Below are positions 1 through 6,560 of a DNA stretch of 31,948 nucleotides, piece by piece. Origin of the DNA: a virus. The stretch lies in the IMG/VR virus record IMGVR_UViG_3300045988_134552, positions 1-31,948 of that record; one strand, written 5' to 3'. The position numbers and the translations under genes were made by a program. The notes below the pieces were generated by a model, which did no database searches, was not told the origin of the DNA, and saw only the letters and a program-made list of their open reading frames with translations. Position 1 is the first letter of the stretch; every line of letters starts with the position of its first letter.

Positions 1-137
1 CTTCTCTCGGCCGCTTGGGGAACTGGGCTAACGGCGGTCTTTGGTTCGTTAACGGCTACAACGGCACCGGCAACGCCGGGTGGAACATCGGCTCGCGCCG
101 CTCTGCCAATGGTCGCTCTAGGGGTGAAGCGGCGTAA
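1..137 (+). CDS. C-terminal end of DGR target protein (C-type lectin-fold variable region; ends ...GNWANGGLWFVNGYNGTGNAGWNIGSRRSANGRSRGEAA*). Continuation of the ORF that starts at 30449, via circular/terminal overlap.
   Basis: The frame is open from 30449 to the window end with no stop (checked codon by codon). Bases 1-77 are identical to 31872-31948. Stop TAA at 135-137. The Asn/Gly-rich NxGxNAGxWNIGxR-type tail is typical of DGR variable proteins. Confidence 0.75.
   Translation, partial: SLGRLGNWANGGLWFVNGYNGTGNAGWNIGSRRSANGRSRGEAA
2..99 (+). repeat. DGR variable repeat (VR); a second, identical copy of bases 2-77 is at 31873-31948 (terminal overlap).
   Basis: 98-bp homology to 212-309 with 8 mismatches. 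Seven of the eight fall where the 212-309 copy has A (VR has C, G or T); the eighth is T vs C. Homology ends at 99/309 (G vs T), the expected IMH boundary. Confidence 0.85.
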
Positions 138-143
138 GCCGCG

Positions 144-159
144 AGGGGGCTTGTCCCCT
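144..159 (+). promoter_or_regulatory. GC hairpin 45 bp downstream of the VR homology end (AGGGG-gcttgt-CCCCT); candidate DGR homing stem-loop, absent from the TR side.
   Basis: 5-bp perfect stem with a 6-nt loop, read directly. Position is analogous to the VR-flanking hairpin/cruciform described for Bordetella phage BPP-1. Confidence 0.35.
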
Positions 160-211
160 TATGAAAACAAGCAGGGATTCGCGGCGCGCGGGCTGTCATG
201 TTCTGTTGGCT

Positions 212-309
212 TTCTCTCGGCAACTTGAGGAACAGGGCTAACGGCGGTCTTTGGTACGTCAACGGCAACAACGGCACCGGCAACGCCAGGTGGAACATCG
301 GCTCGCGCC
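212..309 (+). repeat. DGR template repeat (TR).
   Basis: Near-identical to VR 2-99; holds the adenines at 7 of 8 mismatch positions. Non-coding context (only spurious ORFs). Lies immediately upstream of the RT gene. Confidence 0.85.
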
Positions 310-490
310 TATCTGGACAAAACAAGCAATCATTCCAGCTACACATATACTTCCGCCGCGACTACCCGCCGCCGCTGGTGGCGAGCGAGCATTTGGCCTG
401 GGTCAACTGACTGAAATGGCTTTAAGACCACTGGGTTAGTAGCCGACAGGCGAAACCTCAGACAGTATCCAGAGAGAAACGGTCTGAAAA

Positions 491-1669
491 TTGAAGACAT
501 ATTGCAGAGGGCTTCGCATTGACGGAGCCCTCATTTATAGAGCCTACGGTAATTGGCTTAAGGCACCGGCAGGCAAGAAGAACGCCTGGCGCGTGCCGAT
601 TGAATACGGTAGCGTGGCTTCGCTTCTGGCTGAGATAGAGGACGAGGTTCTTCATCGCTCGCTGACATTTCAACCGATCAGACGCCATTGGTACCGCGAG
701 CCAACCAACGGAAAACTACGGCTCATCGGCGTGGAGAGCGTCAAGCAGCAGGTCTGCGATTACGTCGCAATTGAAGCTCTTCATGACTTGTTGCACGCTA
801 AGGTTGGGTTCTGGCAGGTTTCGAGCGTCAAGGGCAAGGGACAGACTATGGCGGCGAATGCCGTGAGTCGCTGGTCTCAGGAGGGTGGCTATTTCGTCCA
901 CCTTGACATTCGCAAATGCTATCCGTCAATCAAGACAGACGTGGTGATAGGCGTCCTTCGCCATTACGTGCGGAGTCCTGATGTCATGTATATATGCAGG
1001 ACGCTGCTCGCCACATACGATGACGGGCTTGAGATCGGCAGTTACTTCAGTCTCCGCATGGCGCAGCTCGTTCTGTCCTTTGGCTACCACTCCGTAGAGG
1101 GCATGCATAAGGTGCGGCGAGGCAACAGCGTCGCGATGGTGTCGCATCAGCTTTGGTACGCAGATGACATCTATCTATTCAGCCAAGACAAGCGCAACTT
1201 GCGCAGCGCCGCGAGGGAATTGCAAAGGTTCCTCCTTAAGCGCTACGGGCTGCATCTCAAGGCATGGAAAATCTGCCGCATATCGAACGATGAGCCGGTG
1301 GATGTCGTCGGGTTCACAGTGCGACCAAACCGCGTGACGCTGCGGCCTTCGCTGTTCATGCGCGCGTGCCGGGCATATCGGAAATACAGGCGATTGCCCA
1401 CTCTCAAGCGCGCGAGGCGCGTGACGAGCTACAACGGCTGGTTCAAGCACTCAGATTCGAGCAGCCTGGTTAGGGACAACGGATTTGACCAGGTATTCAA
1501 AAAAGCAAGGCGGCACGTGAGTGCTGCGGGAAGGAAGAAACATGAGTTATCAGACAGTATCGGCAACGCCGCTCGCACCTGTGCTGATCGAAGCGCGTGC
1601 CGACGGCCTAACGTCCGACGTGTGGATGCGCAAGAACATCCAGAAGGACGTTGCAGACAACGGCATTGA
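491..1669 (+). CDS. DGR-type reverse transcriptase
   Basis: YADDIYLF (YADD box); N-terminal ...GKLRLIGVESVKQ... RT motif-like stretch; C-terminal ...TSYNGWFKHSDSSSL resembles the SYxGxxxH thumb motif of DGR/group II RTs. A TTG start at 491 is the only in-frame start after the upstream stop. The last 40 codons overlap the next gene, so the true 3' end is uncertain. Confidence 0.85.
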   Translation: MKTYCRGLRIDGALIYRAYGNWLKAPAGKKNAWRVPIEYGSVASLLAEIEDEVLHRSLTFQPIRRHWYREPTNGKLRLIGVESVKQQVCDYVAIEALHDLLHAKVGFWQVSSVKGKGQTMAANAVSRWSQEGGYFVHLDIRKCYPSIKTDVVIGVLRHYVRSPDVMYICRTLLATYDDGLEIGSYFSLRMAQLVLSFGYHSVEGMHKVRRGNSVAMVSHQLWYADDIYLFSQDKRNLRSAARELQRFLLKRYGLHLKAWKICRISNDEPVDVVGFTVRPNRVTLRPSLFMRACRAYRKYRRLPTLKRARRVTSYNGWFKHSDSSSLVRDNGFDQVFKKARRHVSAAGRKKHELSDSIGNAARTCADRSACRRPNVRRVDAQEHPEGRCRQRH

Positions 1670-1913
1670 CTCTGGTAAAGCCATCGAGTTCTACCGAGCC
1701 GATGAGATTCACTTCGTACAGGCAGGAGTCCCGACGCTCGACGGTATCACCGCCGCATTCGACGAACTCTGGGCAGCGCACGAGGATGACGGTCTCAGCG
1801 ACACAGAGCGCATCGACAAAATCATCGAGTCGCTTACCGTAACGAAGGCAGCACTCGAAGACACCAATGCCGCACTGCTGGAGATCGGTGACATCGTTGG
1901 AGGCGAAGAGTGA
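1542..1913 (+). CDS. Hypothetical acidic protein (not Avd-like).
   Basis: ORF with a GGAAGG RBS-like stretch before ATG 1542 (MSYQTV...). Overlaps the RT 3' end by 128 nt, so the start is uncertain. Confidence 0.45.
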   Translation: MSYQTVSATPLAPVLIEARADGLTSDVWMRKNIQKDVADNGIDSGKAIEFYRADEIHFVQAGVPTLDGITAAFDELWAAHEDDGLSDTERIDKIIESLTVTKAALEDTNAALLEIGDIVGGEE

Positions 1914-2041
1914 TGGCGAAGATCTACTTCGAAGCGGTCAAGGAAGGGAAGCGGACGCTTGAGAGCGTCCCGAAGCGCTGGCGCACTGCCGTCGCAGCAA
2001 TGCTCGAAGCATCTAAAAAAGACACTGACCAGGAGGAATAA
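1913..2041 (+). CDS. Small protein (42 aa), possibly XkdX-like, preceding the holin.
   Basis: ATG overlaps the upstream TGA. Sequence MAKIYFEAVKEGKRTLESVPKRWRTAV... Size, position before the holin and a Y..VK.G..T.E.V pattern resemble the XkdX family. Confidence 0.3.
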   Translation: MAKIYFEAVKEGKRTLESVPKRWRTAVAAMLEASKKDTDQEE

Positions 2042-2045
2042 TCAA

Positions 2046-2465
2046 ATGGATCTCGCACCTATTTACACGTTTACCGAGCAGCAGGTATGGGCTATCGCTG
2101 GCGCATTCATCCTCATGCTCTTCGACATGGTGAGCGGCATCATTCAGGCAGTCATGAACCGTGAGTTCCGCAGCTCCACGATGCGCACCGGTCTCGGCCA
2201 CAAGGCGGTGCTGGCACTTATCATCCTGCTCGCAATCTGCATCGAAATCCTCAGTTCCCACGTTGCCGGTCTTGGCTTCGGCGGCGTGACCATCTACGTG
2301 GTCTGCGTCGCGATCATCATCATGGAGGTCGCGAGCATCATGGAGAACCTCTGCAAGGCTTATCCCGAGCTTGCAGACCTTCCGGTCATGAAGATCTTCG
2401 AGCATGCGGACGCGGACGCGGTCAACCCTAAGACGGTCGCAGATGAAGTGTACAAGCGCGGCTAG
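2046..2465 (+). CDS. Holin (phage_holin_4_1 / TcdE-like, multi-TM).
   Basis: AGGAGG 9 nt upstream of ATG 2046. Hydrophobic TM segments. ...NREFRSSTMRTGLGHK... and ...ENLCKAYPELA... are typical of this holin family. Confidence 0.7.
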   Translation: MDLAPIYTFTEQQVWAIAGAFILMLFDMVSGIIQAVMNREFRSSTMRTGLGHKAVLALIILLAICIEILSSHVAGLGFGGVTIYVVCVAIIIMEVASIMENLCKAYPELADLPVMKIFEHADADAVNPKTVADEVYKRG

Positions 2466-3147
2466 GCTCCGGCTCGCGGCAGCGCTGCTTCTTGGCATTG
2501 CAGCTGGCTTCAGCGCTTGGATCGGCATTGCAGCTCAGCATGTGCAGTCAGACAGCATAAGCAGCGTTAAGACATACGAGCGCGGCTACAGTGACGGATT
2601 GCAGGACGCACAGCCGATTTATGACAAAAATGCTTCGGAAAAGAGCGGCTATATGCCGCTCTTTTTGCAGAAAGACCCACAATGGGCATCTACCGCCTAT
2701 AGCGACGAGACCATAGGCACCTACGGGTGCGGGCTCACGTGTGCCGCCATGGCGCTGAGCAACGAGCGGGGTGTGCCGGTGACACCTGATGCCCTCGCAA
2801 ACATCGTCGGAGAGACGTGCCTAACAGACCGAGTAAACGATATGGCGAAGTTCACGCAGTTCGCCCATGACAGATACGGATACGACCGAGTTGACACCTT
2901 CTGGGACACTGATAGCGCCCTCGATTATGTCGACGATGGATGGATCGTATTTGCTGGCGTCAGCGGACAGCTAGGAGACCGCGAATACGGTAGCCATGTC
3001 GTAATGATCTGGCGTGCGAACGATGACGGGACGTATGCGCTACGTGACCCGGACGATGGAGCCAACTCAATTAAATCATGGACAAGAGGAGAGCTTGAAG
3101 TCGCCTGCTTCGGATCATTCAACGCAATTAGAGGTGACATACGATGA
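2443..3147 (+). CDS. Signal-anchored (SAR-like, Gly/Ala-rich TM) C39-like cysteine peptidase; putative second lysin.
   Basis: N-terminal AARLRLAAALLLGIAAGFSAWIGIAAQ, then Q...GTYGCGLTCAAMAL (Gln/Cys catalytic arrangement of Peptidase_C39-like domains). Overlaps the holin 3' end; start 2443 or 2404. Confidence 0.55.
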   Translation: MKCTSAARLRLAAALLLGIAAGFSAWIGIAAQHVQSDSISSVKTYERGYSDGLQDAQPIYDKNASEKSGYMPLFLQKDPQWASTAYSDETIGTYGCGLTCAAMALSNERGVPVTPDALANIVGETCLTDRVNDMAKFTQFAHDRYGYDRVDTFWDTDSALDYVDDGWIVFAGVSGQLGDREYGSHVVMIWRANDDGTYALRDPDDGANSIKSWTRGELEVACFGSFNAIRGDIR

Positions 3148-4172
3148 CGATGAAGGGCATCGATATATCTGATTTTCAGCGAGGTCTCGACCTCACTAAA
3201 ATCGATTACGATTTCGTATTCTGCAAGGCGACCGAGGGCATCGATAAGGTTTATTCGACTTGCGACCCGTTTATCCAGACGGCGATCAGTCAGAAGAAGC
3301 TCTATGGCTTCTACCATTTCCTTGACCAGTCCGACCCGGTAAAGCAGGCCGAGTTCTTCTACGCCAACTGCAAGAACTACTTTGGCCGCGGCATCCCGAT
3401 GCTCGACTATGAAGCCTACGGTCGCATTGGAACTGATAAGGCGAAGCTGTTCCTGGATAAGATCTACGAGCTCACCGGTGTTCGCTGCATCGTCTATATG
3501 AGCCGAAGCGTCACCACGGAGGAAGACTGGTCACAGATTGCAAAGAACCACGCACTCTGGGTCGCGCAGTACGCCGACCGCAACGACACTGGATACCAAG
3601 ATTCTCCTTGGCTTCCTGATGGTGGATTCGGTGCCTGGAACAGCTGCGTCATCCATCAATACTCTTCTCACGGACGATTGAACGGGTATGACAAATACCT
3701 CGATCTCGACATCGCATACATGGACAAGCAAGCATGGTTTAAGTATGTTCATGGTGAACAGGCCGGGAATGCTGGCGCGGCTGTGGTTTGCCCCGTTGGT
3801 TCTACGCCTGATCTCGCTGCGGCGGTCATGCGAGGTAAGTACGGCAACGGTGAAGAGCGCAAGGCCAAGCTTGGCGCTCGATTCAACGAGGTTCAAGCCC
3901 TTATAAATCGTGTGGCTACCGCAAGTGCCGACGATCTTGCAGCAGACGTGCTCAACGGAAAGCTTGGCAACGGCGAGACGCGCAAGGCGATTCTTGGTGC
4001 CCGCTATGACGAGGTGCAAGCTGTGGTCAATTCCCGTGCAAACAATGTGGACATCGACGCTCTAGCACGCGCCGTCATTCGTGGTGAGTACGGTGACGGC
4101 GAAGCGCGCCGCGCCAAACTCGGAGTCAATTTCAATGCGGTTCAAAAACGAGTAAACGAACTTCTCAAGTAG
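3144..4172 (+). CDS. Endolysin: GH25 muramidase + 3 x CW_7 cell-wall-binding repeats (Cpl-7-like).
   Basis: N-terminal GIDISDFQ...KATEG...YGFYHF (GH25). Three ~45-aa repeats of the form VxRGxYGNGExRKAxLGxxxxxVQxxxN. Confidence 0.85.
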   Translation: MTMKGIDISDFQRGLDLTKIDYDFVFCKATEGIDKVYSTCDPFIQTAISQKKLYGFYHFLDQSDPVKQAEFFYANCKNYFGRGIPMLDYEAYGRIGTDKAKLFLDKIYELTGVRCIVYMSRSVTTEEDWSQIAKNHALWVAQYADRNDTGYQDSPWLPDGGFGAWNSCVIHQYSSHGRLNGYDKYLDLDIAYMDKQAWFKYVHGEQAGNAGAAVVCPVGSTPDLAAAVMRGKYGNGEERKAKLGARFNEVQALINRVATASADDLAADVLNGKLGNGETRKAILGARYDEVQAVVNSRANNVDIDALARAVIRGEYGDGEARRAKLGVNFNAVQKRVNELLK

Positions 4173-4182
4173 CCTATAGAAT

Positions 4183-4216
4183 AGCCCGCACCCTGAATGG
4201 GGTGCGGGCTATTTGC
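4183..4216. terminator. Bidirectional intrinsic terminator between the convergent endolysin (+) and RHH gene (-).
   Basis: Perfect 11-bp stem AGCCCGCACCC / GGGTGCGGGCT (4183-4193 / 4200-4210), 6-nt loop, then a T-rich run (ATTTGCGTTT). Confidence 0.7.
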
Positions 4217-4218
4217 GT

Positions 4219-4734
4219 TTAGATGTCGAAATAGAATTCTCGCCATTTTCTAAGCTCTTCGTCGGTCATGCTTGCGGCGTAGTCGAGCAACTTTTCTTCT
4301 GTCTTCGAGCGGTCAATCATGACTTGCTCGACATAGTTTAAGTTGAACCAAAGGGAACGGTCGCTCTCAAACTCAACGCCCTTGTCCATCAGCCATTCGA
4401 AGATTTCCTCAACGCTTCCGCCGTCAATCTCCGTCCACTCGCGATAGTCTCCAGTGCTTGAAATGTCGGCTTCCATATCAACGCACCCGTTAACGTACTC
4501 GCCAGAGATAGTGATCGTCACATCGCCTTTATTGGCCGTCTCGAAAACGTAGCTCTTTGGGCTTTTCATTGCTTCCATGTCCTTTCTGATGAGGTCTTTG
4601 ATGTACTGGTTACGGTTCTCTTTGCCTCGGAAGTACTCCAGGACTTCGGCATCCGACGGGAAGAACTTCACATTAAACGACTTGACGTTCGCCTTGCGGT
4701 ACTTCTCCGTTGCCTTGCTTCGCGCGTCTGCCAT
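4219..4734 (-). CDS. Ribbon-helix-helix (CopG/Arc-like) N-terminal domain protein with an uncharacterised ~110-aa C-terminal domain; moron-like position between lysis and recombinase genes.
   Basis: KSFNVKFFPSDAEVLEYFRG...NQYIKDLIRKDME fits an RHH beta-alpha-alpha pattern. AAAGGA sits 6 nt upstream of ATG 4734; the ORF-track TTG at 4752 lacks an RBS. Confidence 0.55.
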   Translation of the reverse strand: MADARSKATEKYRKANVKSFNVKFFPSDAEVLEYFRGKENRNQYIKDLIRKDMEAMKSPKSYVFETANKGDVTITISGEYVNGCVDMEADISSTGDYREWTEIDGGSVEEIFEWLMDKGVEFESDRSLWFNLNYVEQVMIDRSKTEEKLLDYAASMTDEELRKWREFYFDI

Positions 4735-4780
4735 GCTGTATCCTTTCGTCAAAGGCTCTGGGCATCATTTCAAGGTGGGC

Positions 4781-4808
4781 GGGTTGCCCGCCGCCAAGCG
4801 GGCAACCC
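4781..4808. promoter_or_regulatory. Perfect 11-6-11 inverted repeat (GGGTTGCCCGC cgccaa GCGGGCAACCC), 47-74 bp upstream of the RHH gene start; candidate operator or recombination site.
   Basis: Read directly. No flanking T-run, so not a terminator. Confidence 0.4.
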
Positions 4809-4944
4809 TTCCGCTTACCGTCTGTTAAGAAGGCGGAAGCGGATTTGGACGGTGACTGCGAATCGCCAAACCCTGAACGTGATGCTCATTGCCTTGCTCC
4901 TTTCTATCTTTCGAAAAGCCTTATTGCCTTTCGACACTTATTAT

Positions 4945-4986
4945 TATAGGGGTACCACTATATAATACAAGCTATAGGGGTACCAC
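4945..4986. repeat. Two copies of a 14-bp direct repeat TATAGGGGTACCAC (4945-4958, 4973-4986), flanking a TATATAAT element.
   Basis: Exact repeat read from the sequence, in the AT-rich spacer between the RHH and recombinase genes. Confidence 0.5.
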
Positions 4987-5024
4987 CACACACAACAAGC
5001 ACATTTGCTGACTGTTTTTGGTTT

Positions 5025-6500
5025 TCATGTACGAATCAGTGTTATTATGCAAAACCAGTTATTGGAGACTTTGATTTCGCGCCCATTGGCGGCTATCGTA
5101 GGGTTCGCAAAGATTTTCTGAGGCTCCACCATTGGATTATTAGACGAACCCTTTTTGGGGTTCGTCTTTTTTTGTTTCGGCTGGAAGTCATCGCCACAGT
5201 AATCGAAGGCGAAGTAAAGCTTGAGTTCATCCCCATCTACTTCAATGAGCCGCACGAACGTATCGATGATTTCTGCCGCGTCTGGTTCCTGTGCGATGTG
5301 ATCGAGCCAAGCGGCTATGTCTTCACCGGACAGGTGCGCACTTTCGCTAGCCTGAGCCTGCCGCAGGTCAGCTTCTAAGGCCGCTTTCTGCTCGCGGAGC
5401 ATATCAACGCGCTCTTTACCGCCGGGCGGTGCTATGCCGTCCTCAATAGCCTGCCAGATACGCTCAAATGCAGCGTCTATGCGCTTGATCTCGCGCTCAA
5501 TGCGCTTGCTCTCCGGTTCCTCCTTCTCTTCATTAATTTCGTCGTAAAGAGCCATTGCGTCAACGATGCGCTGACGTACATCCGGCTTCTTAATCGTTTC
5601 GAGGACGGTGTCGAGCACGGCTTCCTCGACGGCATCACGCCTAAAGGTGCGGCGGCATTTCTTGCACTTGTAGTAGTGGTAGACGCGTCCCGTTTTTGAC
5701 GTGCCGCAGGTGCCAACGTAATACTGGCCGCACTCTGGGCACCACATCTTGCCAGACAACGGATAATCGTTGGTGTCACGTGTCTTGTTGTGCTTGCGCC
5801 CGTTTGAACCCAAAATGCTGTTGATCATGTCCTGGTCTTCACGCGACCAAAGCGCGGGCATGCCGTCTTCGATTCGCACGCCCGCGTAATCGTAAACGCC
5901 GCAGTTCTGTTCGCGCCTGAGCAGCTTTGTTATCACGCCATGCGTCAACGGTTTGCCGCGCTTGCCGCGTTCACCTGCGACGGCACGCTTGATTTCGGCA
6001 ACGGTCGATCCGGCAAAGAGCATGTTTTTCATACGGTGCATCACGGCGGCTTCACGCTCGTTGACCTCGTAATACCCGTTAACGATGTCCCAGCCGTAAT
6101 GAGTGCGACCGTTCGCCATGCCGCGCTGGGCGTTCTTGTTGATTCCGTCTCGGATACGCTCGCTGTCGATTGCGCTTTCCCATTCAGCAAGTACCTCGAG
6201 CATGCCAAGGTTGAGCACGCGCGTTGAGCCTTCGCCAAGGCTCTCGCCGGCATAAAGTATTTCAACACCTGCTTTGCGCAACTTGATACGCGCGAGCGCC
6301 ATTTCATCGCGGTTACGCATAATGCGCGTGACCTTATAGATAACTACATAATCAAATATTCCGAGCTTTGCGTCTTTCATCATCGCTGCCCCAGATTCCC
6401 ATGACCTGTATGTGTACTTGTTAACGCCGATTCTCTCAGCAAACTCATCCCTGTTTGAGTAACCAGCGGCTTTTCTGAGCTTCATAAGCCTAATGTTCAC
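5025..6500 (-). CDS. Chimeric XRE-HTH::large serine recombinase. The catalytic Ser N-terminal half of the resolvase domain is missing, replaced by ~45 aa of Cro/cI-type HTH; the recombinase, zinc-ribbon and coiled-coil domains are intact. Likely not an active integrase.
   Basis: N-terminus MKLRKAAGYSNRDEFAERIGVNKYTYRSWESG is an HTH_XRE match, joined directly to ...FDYVVIYKVTRIMRNRDEMALARIKLRKAGVEIL... (second half of the resolvase catalytic domain). Downstream are a recombinase domain, CPECG...CKKCRR zinc ribbon and coiled coil. The 5' ~150 nt is AT-rich, unlike the rest. Start GTG 6500 with AGGAGA RBS. Confidence 0.6.
   Translation of the reverse strand: MNIRLMKLRKAAGYSNRDEFAERIGVNKYTYRSWESGAAMMKDAKLGIFDYVVIYKVTRIMRNRDEMALARIKLRKAGVEILYAGESLGEGSTRVLNLGMLEVLAEWESAIDSERIRDGINKNAQRGMANGRTHYGWDIVNGYYEVNEREAAVMHRMKNMLFAGSTVAEIKRAVAGERGKRGKPLTHGVITKLLRREQNCGVYDYAGVRIEDGMPALWSREDQDMINSILGSNGRKHNKTRDTNDYPLSGKMWCPECGQYYVGTCGTSKTGRVYHYYKCKKCRRTFRRDAVEEAVLDTVLETIKKPDVRQRIVDAMALYDEINEEKEEPESKRIEREIKRIDAAFERIWQAIEDGIAPPGGKERVDMLREQKAALEADLRQAQASESAHLSGEDIAAWLDHIAQEPDAAEIIDTFVRLIEVDGDELKLYFAFDYCGDDFQPKQKKTNPKKGSSNNPMVEPQKIFANPTIAANGREIKVSNNWFCIITLIRT
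5142..5177 (+). terminator. Strong plus-strand intrinsic terminator embedded in the 3' end of the minus-strand recombinase ORF.
   Basis: 10-bp perfect stem AGACGAACCC / GGGTTCGTCT, loop TTTTTG, then T6-G-T3. The reverse complement has no T-tract, so it is + strand specific. Confidence 0.6.
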
Positions 6501-6531
6501 TGCTAGTCTCCTTCTCTTTCAACGTAAGTGA

Positions 6532-6560
6532 ATAGTACAACTAAAATAGCTAATTAACAA
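6532..6560 (-). promoter_or_regulatory. Candidate leftward promoter for the HTH-recombinase gene (TTGTTA-17-TACTAT on the - strand).
   Basis: -35 = reverse complement of 6555-6560, -10 = reverse complement of 6532-6537, ~25 nt upstream of the RBS and GTG 6500. Confidence 0.4.

Larger units (their letters stand above)
1..1669 (+). mobile_element. Diversity-generating retroelement cassette (target 3' end with VR - TR - spacer - RT). The target gene body lies at 30449-31948 across the circular junction.
   Basis: Co-linear VR, TR and YADD reverse transcriptase, with the adenine-mutagenesis signature. Confidence 0.8.

Noticed and set aside
56-439. ORFs 56-346 (-), 198-410 (+) and 251-439 (+) overlapping the VR/TR region
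   Set aside because: They sit on top of the repeat and spacer RNA of the DGR. The + strand ones just translate the TR in the same frame as the VR (hence a protein-like GNLRNRANGGLWYVNG... string). There is no RBS and no independent support.
1542-1913. Avd (accessory variability determinant) candidate after the RT
   Set aside because: Avd proteins are small and strongly basic; this ORF is strongly acidic (many D/E) and lies downstream of the RT rather than between the target and the TR.
4710-4949. 79-aa + strand ORF across the RHH promoter region
   Set aside because: Pro/Cys/Ser-rich and overlaps the 5' end of the RHH gene and its palindromic upstream element. No RBS.
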